A DNA stretch of 64,000 bases, taken from Geosiphon pyriformis uo1 (taxonomy: Eukaryota > Fungi > Glomeromycota). The stretch covers positions 13,428 through 77,427 of the forward strand of contig JAAOMT010000672.1 in assembly GCA_016748015.1 (NCBI GenBank), written 5' to 3'. The first letter of the stretch is position 1. The number at the start of each line of letters is the position of its first letter. Position numbers and translations under genes: made by a program. The notes beneath the pieces were generated by a model that was not told the origin of the DNA, did not search any database, and was given only the letters and a program-made list of their open reading frames with translations. Below are positions 27,415 through 41,004 of the stretch, one piece after another.

Positions 27415-28734
27415 TTATGGTTTGAGCTTGGAAAACAATTTATAAGCATTTTGGGTTGTTTGTCGGATCTATTTAAAAAAAGAATTAAATCACTTATGAG
27501 CTCTCCATATTTATTAAACGCGTATTTATGAGATTTCGTTTTTCTCTTACCACTTCATCAATCTCAAGCCCTTTAATTCTAGCAATCTCGTGGGCACTAA
27601 TTAATATATTTGAGGGTTCATTATCAATTCCATTTTCAGGTCCTAAAGCAGGAGAATCAGTCTCCAGTAGTAAATTGGATAAAGGTAACGAGGCAACTAG
27701 GGTTTGTTTTTGCTTTGATCGAACAATTGAAGGTGGCACTGAGAAATAATAGCTATTTCCAAGACGTTAACATGATTAATATGTAAAACAGTATTCGAGA
27801 AATTGGAAACTGGATAATCTTCTCAATCAAAAAGATCTTTTTTGAATTGCTCTTTTGTAATCAACTTACCCCATTTCCACCCCGTGTTTCGCATATTTAA
27901 CCTGACCATCGAACGCGTGCATCACCACCTTTCTCGCCCCGAATTCACGTAACACGTCTAATGCGTAATGTCCCGCTGAACGGGAGTGTACATTCACCGG
28001 TAAATCAAGTTCTAATGATAGGGCGATCTGCTTGGAAAATATCTGACGTTGTATTTGTTTCAAGTCATCAGCGGTTAGGATTTTTGATGATTTGGAATTG
28101 GTTATTGAGAATGAAATGCCATTCGAGAGTACATGTGGGGTAAAATCTAAACCCACTAATTTTTAGGGTAGGATGAGATGCTTAAAGCTTAACATTGTAA
28201 TAAAAATGATTATCAAGATCAATTGATTTTGATCATTTTCTATTAATTCATTACGCTACCTTCCCCGATCCCGACTAAATCCTGCGAGTGTTCCTTGATA
28301 AATTCTAAAATCTCATCAACCTCTGCTACTTCCACCACACTCCGATCGTTCTCGTTACGGCCAGGTTGCACAGGATGAAGGCCTGCACAGGGGGCGATCA
28401 TCTCATGTAAATCTTCCCATGGCTCCGTGCTCACTATTTTCTGTTCTTGTGTGAAGTTATCTTCACTCTTATTGATAAGTAAAATTTTGGGTAGATCATC
28501 TTCGAGATCAAATGTGGATGATACAAAATTGAATTTATTATTTTTCAATGCCAAGATTTCTTTTGCATCTTCTAAGGTCTCCGAAACGCAGACGATTTGT
28601 TTTACGTTTGCCAGATCACGCCCGCGTTTTAATATAGTGGAGAGTGGGGTGTTGGGAAAGGAAGTTGGGTAGATATGTGCATGGACGTCAATGATTGGAT
28701 GTGATGGTGGACGAAGAATAGATGAGGAGTACAT
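27415..28734 (-). CDS. TATDN3: TatD-family DNase, TATDN3-like; 4 exons
   Basis: IDVHAH, GLHPVQ, GE.GLDF, VNVHSRSAG, HAFDG, LETDSPALGP..NEP; last exon IRQTTQNAYKLFSKLKP* after a GTAAG intron. Confidence 0.88.
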
Positions 28735-29228
28735 TTGAATTTCGAATTCTGAGATTTGTTACAGGATGTTTTTTGTATTCTGATCACCCAGCAACATAAT
28801 ATATACACCATGTGTTGGCCAATTAAATTTAACTACATGTTAAATGTATGATTACACGTAAATTATTGATCTTGAAGGTTGCCAAGTACTCCTACTATTC
28901 TTCAAAATCAAAGATTTCATAAAAGCTAATAAAGTTAATTCTATCGCATGAATTTAAAAGCTTATTAAATTAATAGTCTTTTTAGTCTTGTTTTTAAAGA
29001 ATTTTGCAATTTCTTTTATGGTAACATTATGGTTGCATTTCAGCATCCTGTCGGCCTGAACGTATATATTTGAAATGAATATTAATTGATTTTAAGTTTT
29101 CTCTTTTCTGAATATTTTCAAATTATTTCCTTGGGCATAATTTAAAATTCGAGAAATTCGTTCCTACTAATTAAATTGGCCTACCATGACGCTGCAAAAC
29201 TCACTATTCACACTGGATCCTGGAGTGA

Positions 29229-29876
29229 TCAAAGGACCGTATTAAGATCTGAATACAATAACTTTTTTTCACCTTTGTCATTTTTCTCTAACGGGTCCTT
29301 ATCATTGGCCTCTCCCGTCTTTCTCTTTGCACGTCGACCAAACAATCCAGCCCCATATTGTTGCCTTAGTCCCAAAGGTATATCCGGTCGTGAGTGTAAT
29401 GGGATATTACCTGAGCCGAACCAACCTAATCTAAAGGCAAGCTCATTTGCGCATATCTCACCAAAGCCTGCCATGACACCGCCTATGAATGGGAACAAAA
29501 AGTGAACCACGAACGTGGTCATGAAGCCAGTGAACTTTGGGTTTTGGTAAATACGAACAATTAGTGATCCAGACTCGTGATGATTAATGTGATCCACACT
29601 GTTGTTATTCTGGTTCGGATTTATAAAGGAACGAGGTGAATTCAACATCTGATGGCCACCTAGTGTGGGAGGAAAAAAATTGCTGGAGGCAAGAAAGGAA
29701 GAGTCTCGTGGTTGGCTACTTGGTGTGTCGCTATGGTTACGGCGTCCAAAAGAGCCAGTTCTTGACCCCGAACTGCTTGACCCTTCACCGTGCTGTGAGG
29801 TATTCAGAACAACGCCAGGAATTTCGTCTGCATTTGATGATGTGGCTGCAAGAAGAGATGAGTTGTTATCCGCCAT
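29229..29876 (-). CDS. MIM1: Mitochondrial outer-membrane insertase Mim1/Tom13
   Basis: FLFPFIGGVMAGFGEICANELAFRLGW matches the Mim1 TM signature (PFxxGxMxGFGExxAxE). Confidence 0.82.
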   Translation of the reverse strand: MADNNSSLLAATSSNADEIPGVVLNTSQHGEGSSSSGSRTGSFGRRNHSDTPSSQPRDSSFLASSNFFPPTLGGHQMLNSPRSFINPNQNNNSVDHINHHESGSLIVRIYQNPKFTGFMTTFVVHFLFPFIGGVMAGFGEICANELAFRLGWFGSGNIPLHSRPDIPLGLRQQYGAGLFGRRAKRKTGEANDKDPLEKNDKGEKKLLYSDLNTVL

Positions 29877-30555
29877 GGTGAGTTATCAACAATAAAGTTT
29901 ATACTAGTGAGTGAGCAGCCAAGCGAGAATTAGTTCGGTGGGAGGTACTTTTAAACTCCAACGGACAAGTACTAATCACATCAATTGTGATAAACTTAAT
30001 GGCTGATAGTCCGATAAACGATATGATGAGTAGATAACATGTGAGTTATATCACCATAATAATAATATTAAGTTTAAGAGTTGTGAAAATAAAATAAAAA
30101 AATCAATATAATATTTTTATAATGATTAAATTGGAAATATCAGAAAATTAATTGTAATTAATATACCCAAAATGATTAAAAATCAATTACATTATAAACA
30201 ACAAAAAATATAATAATAATAATAATAATAATAATTTAATAATAAAATATTTTTAAACAATTATTAAATTTCACATTTTTTTATTGTATTAAAATTAAAC
30301 AAGAACTAAATAAATTGTTTTTAAAAAATTAAATTTTCCTTGTATTGATTAAAACAATAATTGTTTATTTATATATGTAATAATTATTTAATTAAAATAA
30401 AATTTATTGAAAACATGTAATTTTATAAACAATTTGATATAATGTTTGTTACATTATGTAAAAAATGATTCCTGATCGGCACGGTTAGATTATCTATTAA
30501 CTGCCAATCAGAAATAAAGTGACAGTTTCTATTTCTCTTCGTACGCAATAGGACA

Positions 30556-32382
30556 ATGCTCGCCATTATTAGGCAGTTGAAGCTAATTCCTAACTTCAAC
30601 TCCACTTCGTCCTTTTCCGGACAAATCTTTTATAAAACGATCCTTCTCCAACCTCAATACAAGGTGGGGACATAAGTCAGTTGTTTCTTGTGAATGCGGT
30701 AGTCGCTTTTTCATTCTCAAATAGTCCTCCCTTCTTTTTTCTTGTGATTTTGCAACTCTCACTTAATGCAGTGACAATATAATATATCTTTTAATTAAAG
30801 CTTATACTATGCAAAAGAACTTCGTCTTTGTCAAAAAGGAGAAGGGATGCTGCGATAAACCCAATAGGGCTTACACTCCGGGAGGCTATGGCGGTTATTA
30901 AGGTTTTACAGAACCAAGTCTTCAGTTCTGTTTTGTTCTCCCTATTTTCGTTAATTTCTAATTTTAATTAGGCCTGTGAAATAGGAAAACCTCAAAGTAC
31001 CTATGAATTGCACATACAGTGCAAACGAGAGAAAGGGACCCAACCAATCAGAGGCTCCGTGGTTTTGCCAAAAACAATCACACAAGATAGTTTTGTAATG
31101 GTGTTTGCAACCGGTGAAAAAGCTCGTGAAGCTAAGGAAGCTGGTGCTCGATTAGTTGGTGGAGAAGAATTAGTGGACAAGGTGTGTAAATAGTTTTGAG
31201 AGTCTAAAACTCACGATATCGAATTATTTTTTGGAATCAAGAACATTCACATAACACAAAATTCTTGACTCAGATAGCAAACGGGGAAATCAAACTTGAA
31301 AAAATCAACCATTGCTTTTCAACGCCTGATGTATATCCACACGTACAGAAAATTGCGAGGGCACTGGGTTCGAAAGGCTTAATGCCAATGGAAAAAAGAG
31401 GTAAGGGTGTTTTGTGTTATTTCCTTTTTCAAGTTTAGTACTGGATTTATCCTTAGTTAAAATAAAAATATCAAAAAGGAACGGTTACGAATGAAATCGC
31501 AAGTGTGGTAAAAGGGTCGATGGGAAAATTTGAATTTAAAACCGATAAACACCAGGTCCTTCATGTGGGTAAGGATATTTTTCTCCAATATTTTTACTAG
31601 TATTGTCACTTTCTTTTCCATGTACTACTATAAAATATTCTTATATTGTTTTAATTTGTGCTCACCCAGGCATTGGGAAGGTAAAGTCTCTTGTTATTTA
31701 ATAATTTGTCATTCACACTCAAACCAGTTTAAATTGAATTTTCATTACTAATAATTTAAATCCACAGCTTTCTTACACACCGAAAGAATTAGAAGGTGAG
31801 CCAATATCAACGCCCGCATGGTTCTGTCTAAAATATAAATAATAATTTCTCTTTGAATTAGACAACATCTTCGCGCTTTGTCGAGAGATGGTAGCTATTG
31901 CGGAGCATAATAATCAGACAGGTGTCAAGTTTTTTTGATCCCTATCGCCTGTGAAATTTGCGTTATCATTTTATAAGAATATACATGTTTAAATCTTTTT
32001 AGGAAGGATAATTAGAAAAATCGTTTTAAACTCCACTCAAGGGCCAGGTATTCCCTTGTTGGATATTCCAGCCGTCCTGGAAAAGGAACGAAAGAATAAA
32101 ACCTCTGATACTAAGGATGACACCTGGCTCAAAGAAAACTTTCCCTCTACCGAGTTGGATCCAAACTGGCAGGAAACTGGATATAACCCTGTGTATGGTA
32201 ACGTCAGGCCCTACAAAGAAAATTACAAAAACACCGTTTATTATCCACAGTATTGGACCATCAGGCGTAAACCAAATCCTCTGAATAAGAGGTACAATAG
32301 ATATAAAGATAATACCAACTCTGATCACAAGTATAACTCGGACAATTCAAAGGGCAGTAATAAAAGACTCGATTCATTTTAG
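30556..32382 (+). CDS. MRPL1: Mitochondrial ribosomal protein uL1m, multi-exon
   Basis: Presequence-like N-terminus; IRGSVVLP, VFATG, AGARLVGGEEL, LGSKGLMP..KRGTVT, HVGIGK, LNSTQGPGI. Confidence 0.88.
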
Positions 32383-32949
32383 CAAATTTTTTAATAATGT
32401 TGTAAAAAAATTGCAATTGTTTGGAAATTTGATTGATATTGAGAAGCTTGTCAAAGCTCTTGGTCATTTACATATTTTCATCTTATAATAATGTTCTGCA
32501 TAAGCTTATGGCTTAAAGTTTATCAACTTGGTCTTTATTCAAGTTATTTGATTTTTTATAATATTATTAAATTGGTAACATGATTACAAAAAATTAGTCA
32601 TATTTATGTGCTTATTAGCAATGTTTTGATTTTTTGTTAGCATTGAAAAAAACAATGTAATTTTTATTTTTATTTTTATTATGTTTTAACAAAGTATAGT
32701 CCAATTACTAACTATAACATAAATTCAATAATCTTAAAAATAGTCATAATTTATGTGTTTTTTACATGTAATTAGCCATTCGAGCCAGATAAGATTAAAT
32801 TACATTGAATTTAAAGAAAAAAACCTATTTTAAACAAATATTTTACATAAAAAAGCAACTAAAATACAATTTTTTTGCTTATTTACTTGGCAGTATTATT
32901 TGTATTATTTAACATTAATCTTAGCTTTTAACATATTATACTTCTTATA

Positions 32950-33300
32950 TAACTTACTTATTTTATTTCAAATGTTTTAACGAATTTTTTAACTTAGCAT
33001 ATATAATAAAAAAAGCATTAAACAACTTAATAACCAAAGTAATTAAAGCATTAATAAGTTTAACAATAAATCTAATCAATAAAATCAATACAGTTAACTT
33101 ATATTTTAAAGAAATTAATCTAAAACCAACAAATAAATTTATAATAATAATAATAGTAAAAACAATTAAAAAAACAATAATAATTAACATTAAAATTAAG
33201 CATTAATAAAACAAAATTCAAAAATCTTAAATTTAATTATAGACTTAAAAAAAACTTAAAAAAATCTAAAAATTTAACAAATACCAAAAAAACTTTATAA
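32950..33300 (-). pseudogene. Extremely decayed ORF1-type coiled-coil remnant
   Basis: LKYKLTVLILLIRFIVKLINALITLVIKL aligns to LEKQISDLAALVKSIVESVGFLVALVSRL of the ORF1-only element. Confidence 0.45.
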
Positions 33301-34270
33301 TCTTAAAAATAGATAAAAAAATTTAATAAACTTAATTTACATAACAATATTTAAAAAAATCTAAGATATAAACTTTATTTAATAATTAATAATTGTTTCT
33401 TAAATATTATTAAAAACAATATAATCAAAAAAAAAGAAATAAATTTAGTTTTTATCTAATTAATTTAATCTTTAAAATTATATAATTTAATAAATTGATT
33501 AAATAAAAACATATATATAAATATAATTTGTTTTATTTTTAAAACTAGCCAAAAATCAATATACTAAATAATATAAATCAAAATTAATTAATCTTTTATT
33601 ATTTTAATATAAAATTTTTATTTATAATAATAATAAAATTGAATACTATAATTAATATAAATAATATAAAACTAAAAAAAAAGCCAAAAAAAAACAAAAA
33701 ACCAAAGCTTTATTTTTTATAAAAAAAAATAAACTTTAAAATACTGAAATTAACACTAAAAAAAAGTTTTTTGGCATTTTAAAAAAGTTGTTATTAAACA
33801 TAACAAAAATTTGAATAATTTTTTTTTGGTTAATCAGACTTTTTTAATTATTTAAACAATAAAAAAAAATTTAACTTAATTATTGGCTTTTTATTAAATA
33901 TTTTTAAACTTTTATTTAAAACAAAAATTATATCAAAATTATTTTAAATAAACTTTTTTAAAAAACTTTTAAAAAAAAACTCTTAATTATAAAAAAATAT
34001 TTTTAAATTAATAAAAAACTAATTACTATTTTATTTAAAAAATACATTTTTACAAAGTATTATTAAATAATATTTACAATTATAAATATATTATTAATAA
34101 AAATATTAATTATTTTAAAAAATAAAAAAAATAGTATTTTTTTTTTTATTATACTTAATGAGTGAAGTCCATATACTACCTAAAACTATACATTAAAGAA
34201 ATAATCTAAACTAGATATAAATTATGCATTTTCTACATGTGACCAGCTACTCAAACCAGTCAGGACAACA

Positions 34271-35896
34271 CTATGCTGTAATAACTACAGAAACTGAGAA
34301 ATCTATACCAGAAAAGAATAAACAGTGTTTACAAAAACCAAAACAGACTCTGAAAGCTACAGACATCCCAAGCAATTTAATCACACCAGTAGAAAACTTC
34401 AAAACTGAACCAGAAATTGAGGTAAGAGCTAAGCTGTCCATAGGGATCAGTCCATATTTCTCCATAAAGGCACGATGTTTAGCACAGACCAACCAAATGT
34501 CATCTCTAAAAGCAAGACAAAGAGAACGTACAAAATCAGTAATCCTGACACCAGCAATCTTGGGATCATGAAAGACAGAAACAGCCTCTGGAAACCATCC
34601 ATCAAAAACAAAACCCTTAAACAGAGCTGATGACACTGAGAAATCCAGACAACAATTGCAACACACATGAAGAGGAAAGAGAAAGACCCAAAAGTTCTTT
34701 CCAAGATGACATGCTGGAATTCAAAATCTGGCAATGAGCTGAACTATTGACTGCACAAAAAAAAACATGATCTGAAACCTCTACCTCTCCACAATACAGA
34801 CACAGAACACTGAGATAACATTTATTGTAAAAATGCTTCCAAACTGCTATGGGAAGCCAACAGTACAAAGCCTTCATGAAGTAGATACAAGAATCAGCAG
34901 TGCGCCTACTGGTAAAGCCTGTGGCCATGTGCGAGTCAGGGTGCCACACCCAGGAAGATCTGAGCCAATCGACATCTGAAAGCAAACCATCTACCAGGAA
35001 GCTGGAACCAGAACCAACCTCCCAATGCACACGACAGACAGCTCGAAAAACATCTCAAACAAAGTGCCGAGAATTACCTGAAACTATATCACCATCTGCC
35101 ACCAAAAAATGCTGACTTTCAAATTCTTGCTGTAAATAACATTCTTAATGTGTCGACACTTGACCCAACACCAATTGCAAAAGTCAGAACACATCAGACC
35201 CAATTCTAATTTGCAAACATCCAAAGCAGCTTGATTATCCGAAAACAAGTGAACAGAGTGCAACTTCAGCATACACTCCAGAGCTAAAACAATGGCCTGC
35301 AACTCCACCAAAGTAGATGAAACCAAATCATAAACACTAACACCCAAACCCAAATTAATGTCCTCAAAAAAGACTGCAGTACCACCCCAACAATCCAGTG
35401 TGCCCAAATTTTTCAGAGAACCATCTGTATAAACAGACAAACTATCAGAACCAACTTGAGAGAAACAATTTCTGACAGACACAAAATCACTAGACTCACA
35501 AATGTTCAGAGGGCTAACACCAATTAAAGCTAAAAGAAGGGTGAGCAGACCACCAAGAAATACAACAGAAAGCTTAAACCACTCAGGAACTGGGCCACAA
35601 GGGTCCAGTTTCTTTTACTGCTTAAAAGTGTACCAGTTGAAGACATCTCTATGACAATCATGAAGCTGATCTACAAAGACAATGTCATAACATCAGAGAG
35701 AAGACAGGAATTTAAAAACAAAGATTCGCCCAGAACAGTAGACATAGGCACCCCATCACAAAACTGAAAAGAGCTGGCCAAAGAGCCACCCAAGAATAAA
35801 TTGCAGTCAAGAAAAATGTGAATCACACCTGACAAAAAATTATTGGAAGCACTAACACAGACATGAGCCGGAGAATTCAATGGATGGATGGAGCGT
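34271..35896 (-). pseudogene. LINE ORF2 C-terminal part (RNase H, zinc knuckle)
   Basis: SVYTDGSL...ELQAI...SDNQAAL; CLYCGEVEVSDHVFFC. Confidence 0.88.
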
Positions 35897-36907
35897 TGTT
35901 ACCAGAGGTTTTTGGTCTTTTTTCTTGAATGTTGTAACTGTCTGTTGGTTGCAAATTCACGTTTTTTAGAAGTAGTTGAATCTCCAATAACTGAATTTAT
36001 CTTCAAATTATCTCCTATAATTTGAACTGCTGGGCTTATAAGTGGAATGGCCAATTTCTTGCCAGTTACTTTATGTAGTTATGTTGTAGTAAACGTCAAC
36101 TCTTTCCCAGAAATTGCTCATCTGGAAGCTCACTAAAAATGTGTAGTTACTTTGCTATGAAAGTCAACTCTTCTACAAGAATCTTGTTTGTAGGCTACCC
36201 TAATGCTTATAATAAGAAAATAAAAGAAAAGTAAAAGAAATGTAAAAGAAATTAAATTCTGTCAAGGGAAACGTTTTCTATCCAGATCTGGAGTTATTAA
36301 CAGTTTACTGAAATTGGTAGCTAATCAATTTCAAAATGTTAGTTGGGTTTTGAGGATTTTCCAAGTGCAATAATTAAAGAATTTGGTTTTTCGAATTATT
36401 TGATATTTATTTCTTTTTGTGTGTGTAGAAATGGTTCTAAGTAATAAATCTAAAGTAAGATATATTTTCTTGAAGAGAAAAGCTCTTTTTTTATACAACT
36501 TGTTGTAGTACTAGTCTATGAACTTGCACTTTTTCTCTTTGCTCAAATTTTGGCGAACTAAAGATACATTTTGATGGACTACAAGTTATTTCACTGAACT
36601 ATTAATTAATTTGGGTGAACTATTCATAATTTTGGCAAATTTCCATAAATTTTGGTGAATTTCTTATAAATTTCAGCAAATTTCTGTAAATTTCGGCAAA
36701 TTTTTGAATGTTACAAAGTTCAGAGTATTATGTAATTTGATCATTCTACTTTTTGTTATACTAATTGGATTATTTAATTGAGTCATGATATGTGATAATT
36801 GATTAAATAATAAATGATAATTTGAAATGATATTAATATACTAATTAATTATAAGAATTATAAGGATAATTTCATGCTAATTAATAGCTAAAATTTTACT
36901 GATAACA
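35897..36907 (-). repeat. 3' LTR of A2
   Basis: Direct repeat of 44827-45787. Confidence 0.95.
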
Positions 36908-37595
36908 TAATCTTCTTCTTAAGACTGAGCTCTATTGAAGTCCAAGCACTATCTGTGATATTGAGATAGTGATCCAAAATAATTGAAGTAATCTGGTCTG
37001 AAAATTGTTAAAATTTCAGTTCTGTAAGTTTGCTAATGTATTGGACTTTCATTGGTTGCAGTATTGGGTTTTGTAGAATATTTTCACAAGTATTAAACAA
37101 ATCATAGAGTCTAAAAGCTGCTTTAAGTTTGTAGCAAGTGTTTGTTGGTCCAGCTGCTGTTTTGAATTTATTATGAATTTGTTTTTGTATAGCTTCCAGA
37201 GTGAGATTTGTTGTTTCAAGTTCCAGTTTTCGTTTATAAAGTGTCTTTCCAATGTAAAAGTATTTATAGATAGGAGTGTGTTTATTGTCCTGTTTATTGA
37301 GAAGTAGTAGAAGTTTTTGTTGCATTGTAGCATTTGGTGAAATGTCAATAAGAGCAATTAAAAAATTTTCTTCTAATGTTTGCTTCAAAAGTCTTGGTAA
37401 ACTATTTTCAGAGTGACTTTTTGTTTTTCTTCTATAAGGGTGATAGTTCTGTGGATGATTTACCACTGGGGCTGTGGTTTTTTTCTGAATGTAATTAATT
37501 TGACTTCCATTAATCATTATGGATAAGTCAGGAAGTGTTTTCAAGGCTAACATTAACTTTTAGGATATTTGTTGAATATTTTGGGGAATAATCAT
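36888..37595 (-). pseudogene. ORF3 of A2
   Basis: NYHPY, YKYFYIGKTL, KLKAAFRLYDLF, VQYISKLTELKF; ends in U3. Confidence 0.75.
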
Positions 37596-37739
37596 GATAA
37601 AATTGACTAATTATGAAAAGAGAAAATAAAGAAAATTATTTTTTGGATATGGGGTTTTTATTTGTTTTTGGGTTTAAGTGTTTTGTAATTATTTACTATT
37701 TTTTGTCTTTGTGTTTTTATTAAAGAATTATTGTAAAAT

Positions 37740-40460
37740 TTAAGTATTCAAGTTTGGTTGTTGTTCTATTATAATTATTAGTTCTAAATTTCGGGGAATA
37801 TTTTCAGGATTAATTAAAGAGGAATGTGTATCAATTTGTGGAATTAATGTTTCAGGATTGTTTTTGAAATAATAGTGTTTCAATCTGTCTCCATGTGCAA
37901 CTTTTGTTAGTATTTTATCATCAAGTCTTAACTTGTATGATTCATTGCCTAGAATTTTGTGAATATAAAATGGTCCATCCCATTTGTTTTCAAATTTTCC
38001 ACTCCATTGTTTTTCAGCCTTAGTTCTGTGTAAGAGAACTTTATTTCCAACTTTAAATTCATTGATAATAGGTGGTAATTTGTTGTCATGTCTTTTTTTT
38101 TGTTGAGCTTGAGAATGTTCAATATGAGTTGCTGCTATTTTTCTTTTTCTTTCCAGTGTACTGAGAAGAGTATAGGCCCTTCTTTGGAGTGTTTCTTGAA
38201 AGTTTTCTTCATTGATTGGTTGCATTGGATATGTTTTTACTGTAAAATTAATTGGTAATATTGCTGTCCTTTCATAAGTAAAGTTAAATAGTGTATGTTT
38301 TGTAGTATCTTGTTTTAGTGTTCTGTATGCTAGTAACACTGATGAAATAAAGATATCTCATTCCTGCTCAAAGTTTGTTGAGACTTTGGCTAGAGATTCA
38401 CACAATGTTCTGTTGAAATGTTCTACAAGTCCATTTGTTTGAGAGTAATAAGGTGATGATAGAAGTCTTTTGACATTAAATTGTTCACAAATTTCTTGTA
38501 TCAAGTTGTTCACAAAATGTGTTTCTTGATCAGATAAGAGCTCAATTGGACATCCATGTTTACAGATAATGTCTTCATAGATAAAATTTGCTACTGATTT
38601 TGCATCTGCTCTTTGGATGGCTCTAGCTTTAGGCCATTTGGTAAGATAGTCTACTGCAACTGCAATATAATGATTTCCTTGGGTTGTGATAGGTAATGGT
38701 CCGACTAAATCAATTCCAACTCTGTCAAATGGTTGTCCAACTTTGATTGGATTTAAAGGTTCTGTGGGGTGAGTTTCTTCTCTTCTTGACAACTATCACA
38801 AGATTCTACATATTGTCAAATGTTTTTTTGCATGTGAGGCCAAAAATAATGTTCAAGGGTTCTTTGAATTGTTCCATCTCTTCCCAAGTGTGCTAAAGAT
38901 AGATCTGTGTACATGTTGTATAAAATTGTTTTTTTTCATTCTCTTGTACTAATCTGAGTGGTTGGTTTGAGTTTCTGTAATTTTTATAATAGATTTTGTT
39001 CTGGTGTTATAAACAATGTTTTTCACTTGGAGACTTGTTTTCTGACATGGTAAGAGTCTTCAAATAATTTTTAAGATTGCTGTAATTTCTGGGATCCATT
39101 CTTGTTTGGTTATTTTGTTGGTAGGTTGGTAAGTTGTGATGGAATTGTTGTTAGTATTAATCTTGTCTTATTCTTGAGAGGCTATCAACATTGGTATGTA
39201 GTTTTTCTGGTTTGTGGTGTACAATATATCTGTAGTCTGCTAGGAAGTTATTCTATTGAGACTGTTTGGCACTTTGTTTAGTTTTTTTTTTATTGAGTCA
39301 TTTGAGGCCAATGTTGTCTGTTATTATGTTAAATTCTTTTCCATTTTTCAGATATTGTTGAAAATGTTTAAGAGCCCAAATAACTGCGGCAGCTTCTAAT
39401 TCAGTTAAGCTGTATTTTAGTTCTGTTGGTTTGAGTGTTCTACTAACATAAGTGATGACTTGTTTTTGCCCATTTTCATCTACTTGTGATAAGATGGCAC
39501 CAAATACTATGTGTGAAGCATTAGTGGCTAGTTGAAATTGTTTGTTGAAGTCTGGATAAGCAAGAACTGGGGCTGTTGTCAGCTTTGTTTTGAGAGTTTC
39601 AAATGCTTTTTGTTGTTCTTTAGTCTATTTGTATGGCATATTTTTATTGGTGAGATAATTGAGTGGTTTGGCAATTTTTGAGAATCTTTTGATGAATTTT
39701 TGATAATAGAAGGCTAATTCTACAAATTTTTGTAGCTCTATGGTATTTTTGGGAATTTGGAAGTTTTTGACAGCACTAATTGTTCTAGGGTTTGGTTTGA
39801 CTCCATATTTGCTAACAATGTGTCCAAGAAAGATTAAGCTTGTTTTTCTAAAGTGACATTTCTCAATATTCAACTTCAATTCTGCTTTCTGTAATCATTG
39901 AAAAACTTCTCACAGGTAAATAAAATGGGCTTTAAAGCTTGGTGAGTATACATTAGTGTTATCAAGATAGACAACTACTGATTGCCATAAGAGCTCTTCA
40001 TATACAACATCCATGAGTTGTTGGAATGTTGCTGGTGTATTGCAGAGTTCAAAAGACATAACATTAAACTCATAGTTTCCTCCTTGGGTGGTAAATGCTG
40101 TTTTGAGTTGGTCTTTTGGATCCATTTCAACTTGCCAGTATCCACTTTCCAAGTCTAAAGTTGAGAAGAACTTGGCTTTTCCTAGAGCATCTAGCATGTT
40201 ATCAATTCTTGGAAGAAGGTAGGCATCTCCAATTGTAACACTATTTAGTTGTTTATAATCAACACAGAATCTGATTTTTCCGTTTTTCTTTTTAACTAAA
40301 ACTATTGGTGAGGCCCAAGAACTTTTTGATGGTTGAATCAATCCATTATTGAGCATTCTTTGGACCTCTTCTCTGATGAATTGGTGGCTGGCAGGTGGCA
40401 CTCGATAAGCTTGTTGATGTTTTGGTAGAGCATCTCCTGTATGGATCTAATGTTGAACAA
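37740..40460 (-). pseudogene. pol: RT-RNaseH-integrase of A2
   Basis: WASPIVLVKK, FSTLDLESGYWQV, YLDN, GIDLVGPLP, GLVEHFNRTL, KWDGPFY. Confidence 0.94.
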
Positions 40461-41004
40461 TGTCCGTTTTTCTCAAGTCATTGTTGTCTTTTGCAAATAT
40501 ATCTGCAAATTCAGCTATCAATTGTTTCAATTGTCTTTGTTGTTGAAGTTTTAAGGGACCCATGTTGATACAAGAGAGTTTTTCTTCCAAAAGATAGTAG
40601 TTTTCAGTGGTGGGAATGATATTTGGATTTGGGAGTAGAGTGTGCCTTACAATTTCGATAAAATTAGAAACAATTTGAGGGTTTTTATCTTGAAAAATAT
40701 TGCTGTGTATGATTTCAATCTCTAATTTGTTTAATAAAACAATAGAGTAATTATTAGAGTTGTAGAATGTAACTTAAAATTTTTTCATTCCTTTGGGAAT
40801 ATAAACGTTTGGAATTGAAATTTTATGCTTTAAACAGATTTGTTTATTGGATTCAAAAATTTGTTGTGTAGTGGTGGGTTTTGAGCAAGTGTAAATTTTG
40901 TAATGTTTTCTAAAAAGTGAAATAGTAATTGGCTGGGAAAGTTGAAGAATCTGGTGAAATTCATTTTGTGTATTAAGAGCTATATTTACTGGAACTGTAA
41001 ATCG

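Noticed and set aside
27494-27550. TatD C-terminus as in the ORF track (VREKRNL...MESS)
   Set aside because: A GTAAG...TAG intron gives the family-typical TTQNAYKLF ending instead
29176-29895. Plus-strand ORFs over MIM1 and similar antisense ORFs over TatD, LINE and ORF1 regions
   Set aside because: Shadow frames with no recognisable motifs
37008-37553. ORF3 as an env gene
   Set aside because: Short, with no signal peptide, TM helix or fusion-protein motifs
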